This document shows, piece after piece, positions 16,606 through 24,000 of a stretch of 24,000 nucleotides of DNA (position 1 is the stretch's first letter; each line of letters starts with the position of its first letter). This DNA comes from Campylobacter phage CP21: sequence record HE815464.1; one strand, written 5' to 3'. A model generated the notes under the pieces. It worked only from the letters and a program-made list of their open reading frames with translations, searched no databases and was not told where the DNA came from. The position numbers and the translations under genes are program-made.

Positions 16606-17238
16606 GTGAACGTAAGATTACGTATTATTAATAATCAGCAAGTACCAGAATTACCAAGTTTCACAGATTCTAAAGAAGATAACTTAACTACAGATGTTAA
16701 ATTAGATGTCTTAACACACCAAGAAGTAGATAGAAACTTTGCTAATATTATTACGTGGTTAAAAACTGTTAGTGATAAAATAATTGAGCAATCTACAGTT
16801 CTAAAACAATTAGATCCCGAAAATATGGAGAAACTTTTAAAAGCTGCTGAACAAATACAAACAATTTCTGATGATATTAAAAGCTTAGAAACTAAATACA
16901 ACCAAGTTAATAATGATTTAACAAATTATAAAACTTCAAATGATTTAGCTTTATCTAAGAAATTAGATTCTATAAAAACTATAAATGGAACTGATATCAC
17001 AGGTTCAGGAAATGCTGAAATTAATATAACAAGAACTCAATTCACAAATCACTTAACTAATATTGGCATTAATGAAATTGGTAGCATAGCTATATTAGAT
17101 TCAAAAACAACTTTGGTTTTTAATAATTTATATGCAGGATCTGGTTTATCTACAGACACTTATGCATATATGCAAGGTACTTGGAAATGTACTGGTAAAA
17201 TAAGTGACACTAAAGGCTTATTCATCAGAGTATCGTAA
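16606..17238 (+). CDS. Putative tail fiber/structural protein with coiled coil
   Basis: GTG start; coiled-coil-like middle, TINGTDITGSGNAEINI phrase common in fiber proteins. Confidence 0.5.
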   Translation: MNVRLRIINNQQVPELPSFTDSKEDNLTTDVKLDVLTHQEVDRNFANIITWLKTVSDKIIEQSTVLKQLDPENMEKLLKAAEQIQTISDDIKSLETKYNQVNNDLTNYKTSNDLALSKKLDSIKTINGTDITGSGNAEINITRTQFTNHLTNIGINEIGSIAILDSKTTLVFNNLYAGSGLSTDTYAYMQGTWKCTGKISDTKGLFIRVS

Positions 17239-17256
17239 TCAAAAACTTAAGCAGAT

Positions 17257-17279
17257 TTTAAGCATTTATATAATATAAT
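17257..17279 (+). promoter_or_regulatory. Putative promoter TTTAAG-N11-TATAAT
   Basis: TTTAAG 17257-17262, TATAAT 17274-17279. Confidence 0.6.
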
Positions 17280-17297
17280 AACAAATAAGGAGATTTA

Positions 17298-17975
17298 ATG
17301 GTATTAGAATATAACCCTATCAAATTAGGTAATAGATCTATTAAAGTTCGTAATTGGAAAGTTAAAGATAGAGAACTCTATAAAAGTAAATTAAAAAATA
17401 CTAGTTCCACAGAAGACGAACTTAAAGCAAGATATGAATGTTTTGTTACAAATGTTTTAGAAAACCCGACAGCTTTAAATAACGACGAATTAGAATATTT
17501 GTTTTTATTGTTAAGAATTATAAATCTTGGTGATGATTTAAATTACAGTTGGTGGTGCAGAAGTTGTGAAAAAACTACTGATTCTAAAATTAAATTAAGC
17601 AAATTATTTACAACAAAATCAGGTAAAATCCAAGATATTGATATTGGTGATATCAAAATTGAACTACAAGATGTTCAAAATATCGAACTCTATAATAACA
17701 AATTAAGAACTTCAGATTCACCAAGCACAGATGATTTGATTTTCCATATTAAATCAATTAATGGCGATAACACAAAAGGCTTCCAAGATATTAAGGACTA
17801 CTTCAATGAGTTAGATATTAATATAATGGATAAGATTTCTGAAGCATTTGAAAAAATGATATTTAAAATTGAATCTAGGGAACATACAGTAACTTGTTCA
17901 CGTTGTGGTGCTAGTTCAACTTTTAATTTCGATGTAATACCAGATATTATACCCCCAAAATGGTTAAAACGTTAA
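17298..17975 (+). CDS. Baseplate hub assembly protein (gp26-like), zinc-ribbon type
   Basis: WWCRSCEKTT and CSRCGASSTFNFD Cys pairs, organisation like ORF 6727..7314. Confidence 0.55.
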   Translation: MVLEYNPIKLGNRSIKVRNWKVKDRELYKSKLKNTSSTEDELKARYECFVTNVLENPTALNNDELEYLFLLLRIINLGDDLNYSWWCRSCEKTTDSKIKLSKLFTTKSGKIQDIDIGDIKIELQDVQNIELYNNKLRTSDSPSTDDLIFHIKSINGDNTKGFQDIKDYFNELDINIMDKISEAFEKMIFKIESREHTVTCSRCGASSTFNFDVIPDIIPPKWLKR

Positions 17976-17989
17976 GAAAGGATTAAATT

Positions 17990-18682
17990 ATGAGTATGTA
18001 TATAACATATATAGATCAAGGTGCTTATAATATGATTGTTTCCGCGCAAAGAGACAATGCTTTTTTGTTACCGGGGTCTAGCACATTAGAAGTTTTTGAC
18101 AGTAAATTATTTACAGCAGTTTTGGAAGCATTAGCAGATAAAAAAACTTGTAAATTCTATAAAGATATTGACGTGTTAACTTTAGAAAACTTGGAAATTG
18201 ACGAGAGCGCTAACTTAGTTAAGAATTCATATATTTTCCAATTAACTTCTGCAATTAGTCAGATTTTTACGAGAATACCACAATATACTTATTTTAGATT
18301 CCAATATCTTAATAATATATTTGCTTCACAAGGTTATTTTATAACTGATGATAATCGTGAAGAGATGTATATTAAAATTCTTGAAACTGATAATGATAAA
18401 TTAATCGCTAGTCTTGAAGAATATCTTAAGATTGTGAATCAATTAAATCAATATGAAAAAATGTATCAAGAATTCTTAAATGGTTTAGATGAAATGGAAA
18501 TGACAGATGATGAAGCAACTTTAGATCAAATCTTACAAGAAGCTTTAAATTATTTTACGAACGCTCAAAAGAATTTCGTAACTATGGATTATAAAGGATG
18601 GTTTTCAACAATTAAAGCAGATTATGAAAATCGCCAAAATTCAGCTCAGCCTTCAAATCAGACTACAGACACTCAAAAATAA
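17990..18682 (+). CDS. Hypothetical protein, 230 aa
   Basis: Complete ORF directly downstream of the hub-like gene, followed by a strong terminator. Confidence 0.7.
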   Translation: MSMYITYIDQGAYNMIVSAQRDNAFLLPGSSTLEVFDSKLFTAVLEALADKKTCKFYKDIDVLTLENLEIDESANLVKNSYIFQLTSAISQIFTRIPQYTYFRFQYLNNIFASQGYFITDDNREEMYIKILETDNDKLIASLEEYLKIVNQLNQYEKMYQEFLNGLDEMEMTDDEATLDQILQEALNYFTNAQKNFVTMDYKGWFSTIKADYENRQNSAQPSNQTTDTQK

Positions 18683-18706
18683 AGATCTAAGATAACTTAG
18701 ATCTTT
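18681..18706 (+). terminator. Perfect 11-bp stem terminator
   Basis: AAAGATCTAAG-ATAA-CTTAGATCTTT. Confidence 0.75.
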
Positions 18707-18742
18707 CTCACTTTAACATTTAAATTTCTAAATTCAAAAAAC

Positions 18743-18765
18743 TTTAAGTTATTTTATTATATAAT
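18743..18765 (+). promoter_or_regulatory. Putative promoter TTTAAG-N11-TATAAT
   Basis: TTTAAG 18743-18748, TATAAT 18760-18765. Confidence 0.7.
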
Positions 18766-18784
18766 AAAACAAAAGGAGATATAA

Positions 18785-19003
18785 ATGAATAACCAAAATG
18801 CAGAAGTTTTAATGAAAGATATTTTAGAAGCTGAAGCTAATATCAGTAAGTTTTTAGATTCTTGGACTTTAACAGTTTTTGAACACCAGGTATTAGTAAG
18901 ATTTTTAACTAATGAGTTTATCGGTGCTAACTTTAATGATCCTGAAACTCTAAATCATTTAGGAAATAGAGCTAGGTTTTATATTGAAGAATTCATTAAA
19001 TAA
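18785..19003 (+). CDS. Small hypothetical protein, 72 aa, own promoter and terminator
   Basis: AAAAGGAG SD; flanked by a promoter and hairpin. Confidence 0.7.
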   Translation: MNNQNAEVLMKDILEAEANISKFLDSWTLTVFEHQVLVRFLTNEFIGANFNDPETLNHLGNRARFYIEEFIK

Positions 19004-19013
19004 TAAGCTATAT

Positions 19014-19031
19014 TTAACACTTTAGTGTTAA
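19014..19031 (+). terminator. Short hairpin
   Basis: TTAACAC-TTTA-GTGTTAA followed by TTTAAAT. Confidence 0.5.
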
Positions 19032-19065
19032 TTTAAATATAAAACTAAAACAATTTACAAAAAAC

Positions 19066-19088
19066 TTTAAGTTGTTATATTATATAAT
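19066..19088 (+). promoter_or_regulatory. Putative promoter TTTAAG-N11-TATAAT
   Basis: TTTAAG 19066-19071, TATAAT 19083-19088. Confidence 0.7.
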
Positions 19089-19105
19089 ATGAAAAAGGAG
19101 ATTAA

Positions 19106-19900
19106 ATGATTTTCAAAACACGAACTAAAAAAGTTCCATTCTATGAATTTTTTGGTGACACCATTCAAGGTGAAGGACCAAGATTAAAATCTGCAGTATT
19201 TGTTAGAGTTGCGGGTTGTAATAATACTTGTAAAGGTTTTGGATGCTCTGCAGTAGCTCCAGATGGTTCAGTAGTAACAGGTTGTGATACTATTCGTGCA
19301 GTATCTCCAAAATTTAAATCACAATGGAAATACTTTGATAATTTCAAAGATTTAACATCAATTATTGACCCATTAGTCACATTTAAAAACTCTGAAATTA
19401 AACATACTAAAGACATTATTTTAACTGGCGGTGAACCTTTATTATATTGGGATACTAATGTTATTCAAGATTTCTTAGCTTATTATATTTCAAGAAAACA
19501 TCAAATAACAATAGAGACTAATGCAAGTTTGGATATTGAGTTCTTTAAAGAATACCAAAAAGAAATTATGTTCAGTATGTCAGTTAAATTAAGTTGTTCA
19601 GGAGAACCTAAAAAGAAAAGAATTAATATAAAAACAATCAGTAAGATTCTTGAAAATTGTCCTAAATCTTATCTTAAATTTGTAGTTAACCCAGAAACTT
19701 GGGATACGGACTACACTGAAATAAAAGAAATACTTTATGATTTACCTATATATACTGAAGTATATCTAATGCCTATGGGTGAAACTCGTGAATTACAGAT
19801 TAAGAATACACCATTTGTGTTTGAAAAATGTGCTGAGCACGGATTTAGTTTTAGTCCAAGAGCACATATTTTAGCTTTTGATACTAAGGAGGGTATATGA
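19106..19900 (+). CDS. queE: 7-carboxy-7-deazaguanine synthase (QueE-like radical SAM)
   Basis: EFFGDTIQGEGP, VRVAGCNNTCKGFGC, GCDTIRAVSPKF, DIILTGGEPLLYWD, TIETNASL. Confidence 0.88.
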   Translation: MIFKTRTKKVPFYEFFGDTIQGEGPRLKSAVFVRVAGCNNTCKGFGCSAVAPDGSVVTGCDTIRAVSPKFKSQWKYFDNFKDLTSIIDPLVTFKNSEIKHTKDIILTGGEPLLYWDTNVIQDFLAYYISRKHQITIETNASLDIEFFKEYQKEIMFSMSVKLSCSGEPKKKRINIKTISKILENCPKSYLKFVVNPETWDTDYTEIKEILYDLPIYTEVYLMPMGETRELQIKNTPFVFEKCAEHGFSFSPRAHILAFDTKEGI

Positions 19901-20160
19901 TGTTAAGTAATTATGCGCAATATAATATATTAGAAACAACTGGTTTAATTATTATTAAATTTTTGTTATTATTAGTTGAATTAGGCTTCTATGTGTCGGC
20001 TTTATTTTTAGCAGTTCTTAGCATTATCAGTGTGTTTAAAATACCAGGAGTGTTTTATAAGTTATTCGTTTTTATTGTTTTAGGTTTAGCAGCGTTTGCT
20101 TGTTTAAGTTTAGGCTATACTATAGGTTTAACTAATATTGAATTTATATTTAAGATTTAA
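19897..20160 (+). CDS. Small multi-pass membrane protein, 87 aa
   Basis: At least two long hydrophobic segments; overlaps the queE stop. Confidence 0.65.
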   Translation: MMLSNYAQYNILETTGLIIIKFLLLLVELGFYVSALFLAVLSIISVFKIPGVFYKLFVFIVLGLAAFACLSLGYTIGLTNIEFIFKI

Positions 20161-20169
20161 GGAGTTAAT

Positions 20170-20940
20170 ATGAACTTAATAATTGGTTTTGGTGTAGTCG
20201 GACAAAGCTTAGGAAATTATTTTGATTCTAAAGGCATTGAATATAATATAATAGATCCAAGATTTAATGATAAAGATCTTAATGAAATTGGTTTAAATTG
20301 TTATAGCAAGATTTTTATATGCATTAATGTGTTAAATGATAATATCGATTCAAATCAAGACACAAAAACATTATACGAAATTTTAAATACCATAGAATCA
20401 AAAGATTTTAGTGGTTTAGTTGTTATTAGATCAACATTGTTACCTAGTAATGTAGATTTTATAGAATCTGAATACAATTTAAAATTTGTAACCTGGCCAG
20501 AATTTCTAACAGAAGTTGAATCATTGAAACGAGCAAAATATCACGTGATAGGCGCTAATAATATTATGTATGCTAAAGAAATTGCTGAATTAATAGATAC
20601 GCCTTATGATTTTTGTAGTCTTAGAGAAGCAATGGAAGTTAAATACGCTAGAAATGCTTTAGGTGCTTTAAAGGTATTATTCTTTCACGAATTAAATGAA
20701 GCTGGGTTCAATGTTAGAAAAATAGAATTATTATTAAATGAGTTCGAAGATTTTGATTCTCAAGGATTAATGGCTAAGTTATGTGTAGATGGTAAAAAAG
20801 GTTTTGGTGGTAAATGTTTTCCTAAAGATGTCCAAGCACTGATGTTTGAGTCTAATAAACAATCTAAACAAGCTGGAGATTTCTTTAGAAATATTTTAGA
20901 AGCTAATAATCGACTTAGATATTGTTATAAAAAATCATAA
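20170..20940 (+). CDS. UDP-glucose/GDP-mannose dehydrogenase family protein, compact
   Basis: MNLIIGFGVVGQSL, TWPEFLTE, EVKYARNALGALKVLFFHELNE, DGKKGFGGKCFPKDVQAL. Confidence 0.85.
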   Translation: MNLIIGFGVVGQSLGNYFDSKGIEYNIIDPRFNDKDLNEIGLNCYSKIFICINVLNDNIDSNQDTKTLYEILNTIESKDFSGLVVIRSTLLPSNVDFIESEYNLKFVTWPEFLTEVESLKRAKYHVIGANNIMYAKEIAELIDTPYDFCSLREAMEVKYARNALGALKVLFFHELNEAGFNVRKIELLLNEFEDFDSQGLMAKLCVDGKKGFGGKCFPKDVQALMFESNKQSKQAGDFFRNILEANNRLRYCYKKS

Positions 20941-20964
20941 ATATATTAAATTTAAAGGTGTTAA

Positions 20965-21342
20965 ATGAATATGAATGTACAAAATCCAAAATTTTCTTTT
21001 ACTGAAGATCAAACAAAACAAGTTCTTATGACAGCCTATCATCTAAGTCAAGCTTCAGAATATATTCAAGAAACTAACGGTATGATGTCTTTAATGTTTA
21101 ATTCTATGGCTATTGAATTATTAGATCAAGCTGGTTTATCTCAAGCATTTTTAGATGAATTAGGATATACTAAAACAACTGAGCCTAAAATTCAACTTAA
21201 TAAGAAAGAACAAGCAGAAGTAGACTCTTTATTTGATGAGATTTTAAATGGATCTAAATCTACACCAAATGTAGAAACTGAAGTTAAAGATTCAAAATAC
21301 AATCACGAGAGTTGCGATTGTAACGATTCAAAAGGAATATAA
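20965..21342 (+). CDS. Hypothetical protein, 125 aa
   Basis: Complete ORF with AAGG SD; ends NHESCDCNDSKGI. Confidence 0.65.
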   Translation: MNMNVQNPKFSFTEDQTKQVLMTAYHLSQASEYIQETNGMMSLMFNSMAIELLDQAGLSQAFLDELGYTKTTEPKIQLNKKEQAEVDSLFDEILNGSKSTPNVETEVKDSKYNHESCDCNDSKGI

Positions 21343-22190
21343 TGGTTCAACAAGAATTAAGAAAAATAATTTTTATATTATTTGATGAACGTTTACTTTC
21401 ACAAGTTGTAGAAATGTTCGAAAAATACGAATATATCATAGAAAATAACCCAGAGGGTATAGAAACAAGAACTGCGTATTTAATTTCGAAAATATATACA
21501 ACTGATGATAAATCTAAAGTTTTAGATTATTTAAAACAATTGGGTGAATTAGAAGCTACTGATATTTTTCCAGATATCAAAATGCTCCAATGTAAATTAG
21601 CTATGAATTGTTATGAAAACAATTTAATTGAATATAGTAAATTAATAGCAACATTTGATAAAAATGATTTGGATTACGCACAAGCAAATAACCCAGTAGT
21701 TTACAACACACCAGCGTTGTACAGAGTTTCTATCAATGGTAAAGATTTTGATGATAATATTAATAATATCAATAAATGTCTGACTTATTTAGGTGATAAG
21801 GTTGTATTTAGACAAACAATTGATAAAGTAGATAGACCAAGTTATAAAAATTATCTTAAGATTAGACATTCTTTAGAACTTGGTGATTATGATTATGGGT
21901 TTGATGCTGTTAAAGCATTACAAGAATTATTTTATCAAGAAGGTTTAGATGCTAAAATAAACTCTGTTAATTATAAAGAACTTTTAAGTGATTATATTAT
22001 AATAATGGATTTTATGAGCGCTTTCCAATTACTTGGATATAAGTTTACCGATAAACCAGAATATAACAAATTAAAGCAAATGTTTAAAGATATTATTATA
22101 GAATTAAGTGTAGATTCTTTATTAATTTTAGAAACTTCCCAAGAAAATGTTCTTAAAATTATTGCAGAAACTAAAAAAACGTACTTATAA
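21342..22190 (+). CDS. Hypothetical protein, 282 aa; C-terminus may be altered by A7 run 22173-22179
   Basis: Complete ORF. Downstream coding in another frame suggests the end may be wrong. Confidence 0.65.
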   Translation: MVQQELRKIIFILFDERLLSQVVEMFEKYEYIIENNPEGIETRTAYLISKIYTTDDKSKVLDYLKQLGELEATDIFPDIKMLQCKLAMNCYENNLIEYSKLIATFDKNDLDYAQANNPVVYNTPALYRVSINGKDFDDNINNINKCLTYLGDKVVFRQTIDKVDRPSYKNYLKIRHSLELGDYDYGFDAVKALQELFYQEGLDAKINSVNYKELLSDYIIIMDFMSAFQLLGYKFTDKPEYNKLKQMFKDIIIELSVDSLLILETSQENVLKIIAETKKTYL

Positions 22191-22484
22191 ATGATGTAAA
22201 ATATGATGCTAGTGAAGTTGATGCTTATTTGGGTCCAATTTTACAAAGGATTAAAGACAGTGGTAAAAGATTTAATAGATAAAAATCAAGCCGAAGTTCA
22301 GTTAAAAATACAAGATTTGCAAGACATCAGAGTGGGTATAAAATATGCTTTGCGTTGTGCTAAAAAGATTAGTTTAAATTCTGAATCTAACTCAAGTTTA
22401 GATTCGGATTTAAGCCAAGAAGAACTAAACTTTTTAGCTTGTTTAACTTGCTTACCTAAGACCAAAACTAAAAACAAAGGTTAA
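22180..22484 (+). CDS. Coding segment disrupted at A4 22265-22268, possibly the continuation of the preceding ORF
   Basis: NVLINDVKYDASEVDAYLGPILQRIKDSGK joins DLIDKNQAEVQLKIQDLQDIRVGIKYALRCAKKISL... if one A is removed. Confidence 0.5.
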
Positions 22485-22485
22485 A

Positions 22486-23589
22486 ATGGCAGGTAAACTA
22501 ATAGTAGAATTTAGCTTAGATACTAAATGTAACTTAGCTTGTAAATATTGTTATAGTGCACATACACCACCAAACCCTATGTCTATAGACACAGCTATGA
22601 AATTCTTTGATAGAATTAATTATATGTTAGATTATTATGATAAAGATAGCTATCATATTTCATACTTTGGTGGGGAACCTTTATTAAACTGGGAAGTGAT
22701 TGAAGCAACTTTACCAAAATTCCAAGAAGATCCAAGATGTACCAGCTATGTTGTGATAACTAATGGTGCATTATTAGACCCTAAAAAAGTTCAGTTCTTA
22801 AAGGCTCATAATTGTGGAATTTCACTGAGTTTTGATGGTCTATGGCAAAATACTAATCGACCAGTGGTTGAAGGTACTTTTGAAGGAACTTTAGATTATT
22901 TTAAGCAAAACAAAGCATTAATTCATAGCATTACAGATACCTGTAAAGTTATGATACAACCCAAGAACTTCACAACAATGACTGAAAATTTTGAGTTTTT
23001 TGTTAACGATTATGAATTCTTAAGACCTGATTTTTGTTTAGTTCGTGATAACATTTATACTAAAAGTCAAATAGAAACATTTGCTATAGAAGTTGAAAGA
23101 TTAGCACATAAAGTACTTGAATATCAACATAAAGGAATACCAGCAAGTGTAGGATTATTTGATTTATATGCTTTAGATATTTTAGCAGGTGCTAGATTTG
23201 GTAAAAGAGACCACGGTTGTTTCGTAGGAAATAACGGTTGTTTATATGCGGTAGATGGTAAATTCTGGCCTTGTGAGCGATACAGATCAACTAATAAAAT
23301 GGTTCTATATAGTCCAGAATCTGGATTAAATCTAAAGAATCTTAAGTTTATGTCTAAATACGCTGACCCAAGAAAATTCAAGAAATGTATGAAGTGCGAA
23401 ATTCGTGAGTATTGTAATGTTGGGTGTACGCACCAAGAAATGCGAGAAGCTAAATTCGAAGGTAGAGAACCAATAGATTCTGTATGTCATTTATTTAAAC
23501 ATTCTTTTAAGTGGGCTATGTTTGTTTTTAAGAACTCTACTAAAGAATACAAAGATTATCTATATAGAAGACTTGAAGTTGGATCTTGA
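22486..23589 (+). CDS. Radical SAM/SPASM-type enzyme (anSME or RiPP-maturase-like)
   Basis: CNLACKYCYS (CxxxCxxC), YFGGEPLLNW, C-terminal CMKCEIREYCNVGCTHQEMR with further Cys residues. Confidence 0.88.
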   Translation: MAGKLIVEFSLDTKCNLACKYCYSAHTPPNPMSIDTAMKFFDRINYMLDYYDKDSYHISYFGGEPLLNWEVIEATLPKFQEDPRCTSYVVITNGALLDPKKVQFLKAHNCGISLSFDGLWQNTNRPVVEGTFEGTLDYFKQNKALIHSITDTCKVMIQPKNFTTMTENFEFFVNDYEFLRPDFCLVRDNIYTKSQIETFAIEVERLAHKVLEYQHKGIPASVGLFDLYALDILAGARFGKRDHGCFVGNNGCLYAVDGKFWPCERYRSTNKMVLYSPESGLNLKNLKFMSKYADPRKFKKCMKCEIREYCNVGCTHQEMREAKFEGREPIDSVCHLFKHSFKWAMFVFKNSTKEYKDYLYRRLEVGS

Positions 23590-23604
23590 TACCTTTAGTA
23601 TATC

Positions 23605-23625
23605 TAACGCTCGAGTGTTATTTTT
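23605..23625 (+). terminator. Hairpin with TCGA loop and T-tract
   Basis: TAACGC-TCGA-GTGTTA followed by TTTTT. Confidence 0.6.
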
Positions 23626-23671
23626 AAAAGCCTTTAATCAAAATTTAAACAAAATTAGGATATAATTAATT

Positions 23672-24000
23672 ATGGCAAATATATTCGAACAATTTACAAA
23701 CTGTCTCAAAGACAAAGATTATAATGAGAGTTTAGGTTTTAATAGCTTTATGTTTTGTAGATTTTTAGGGTCAAGCCCTAGCACTTTACAATTAGCTAAT
23801 GCTATTAATATATTATATAAAAGCTTACCAGATGAAGCACAATATAATTTAGTGAGATACACAAAAAATAAACCAAAATTTATAAGATTTGCGAAAGCGT
23901 TAGCTGAATCAGAATCTATCAAAGAAATACAATTAAAATATAAGGTAAATAAAGAAGTAGCTAAATTATATGCAAGTATTTTAGATTCTATGTGTAAATC
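23672..24000 (+). CDS. 62: Probable sliding clamp loader small subunit (T4 gp62-like), partial at window edge
   Basis: MANIFEQFTNCLKDKDYNESLGFNSFMFCRFLG...LPDEAQYNLV...FIRFAKALAES...LKYKVNKEVAKLYASILDSM; spaced resemblance to T4 gp62. Confidence 0.6.
   Translation, partial: MANIFEQFTNCLKDKDYNESLGFNSFMFCRFLGSSPSTLQLANAINILYKSLPDEAQYNLVRYTKNKPKFIRFAKALAESESIKEIQLKYKVNKEVAKLYASILDSMCK

Noticed and set aside
19897-20160. Holin assignment for the 87-aa membrane protein
   Set aside because: Only hydrophobicity supports it; no adjacent endolysin was recognised.

Overview
This is a very AT-rich, T4-like (myovirus) phage segment. Almost every gene is on the + strand. Recognisable genes: gp21-type prohead protease, gp17-type large terminase, baseplate hub assembly proteins, gp39-type topoisomerase subunit, a P-loop ATPase, dUTPase, primase, adenine methyltransferase, gp44 clamp-loader ATPase, T4 RNase H-type nuclease, NAD-dependent epimerase, QueE, UDP-sugar dehydrogenase, a radical SAM/SPASM enzyme and a probable gp62 clamp-loader subunit. 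The main discovery candidate is the terminase gene, which carries three inteins, all at ATPase motifs. One is a mini-intein in the Walker A loop. One appears naturally split (35-aa N part, 104-aa C part), with a GIY-YIG (T5orf172-like) zinc-finger endonuclease ORF between the halves. A second cis mini-intein lies only 8 extein residues downstream, inside Walker B. Second, at least nine coding breaks are each repaired by removing exactly one base from an A or T run, always in the same direction. That points to either a systematic sequence error or a recoding phenomenon. Third, a promoter motif TTTAAG-N11-TATAAT recurs with invariant spacing and resembles Campylobacter RpoD promoters. With the QueE and methyltransferase types, this suggests a Campylobacterota host (inference). 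No databases were searched; family names come from motif recognition.
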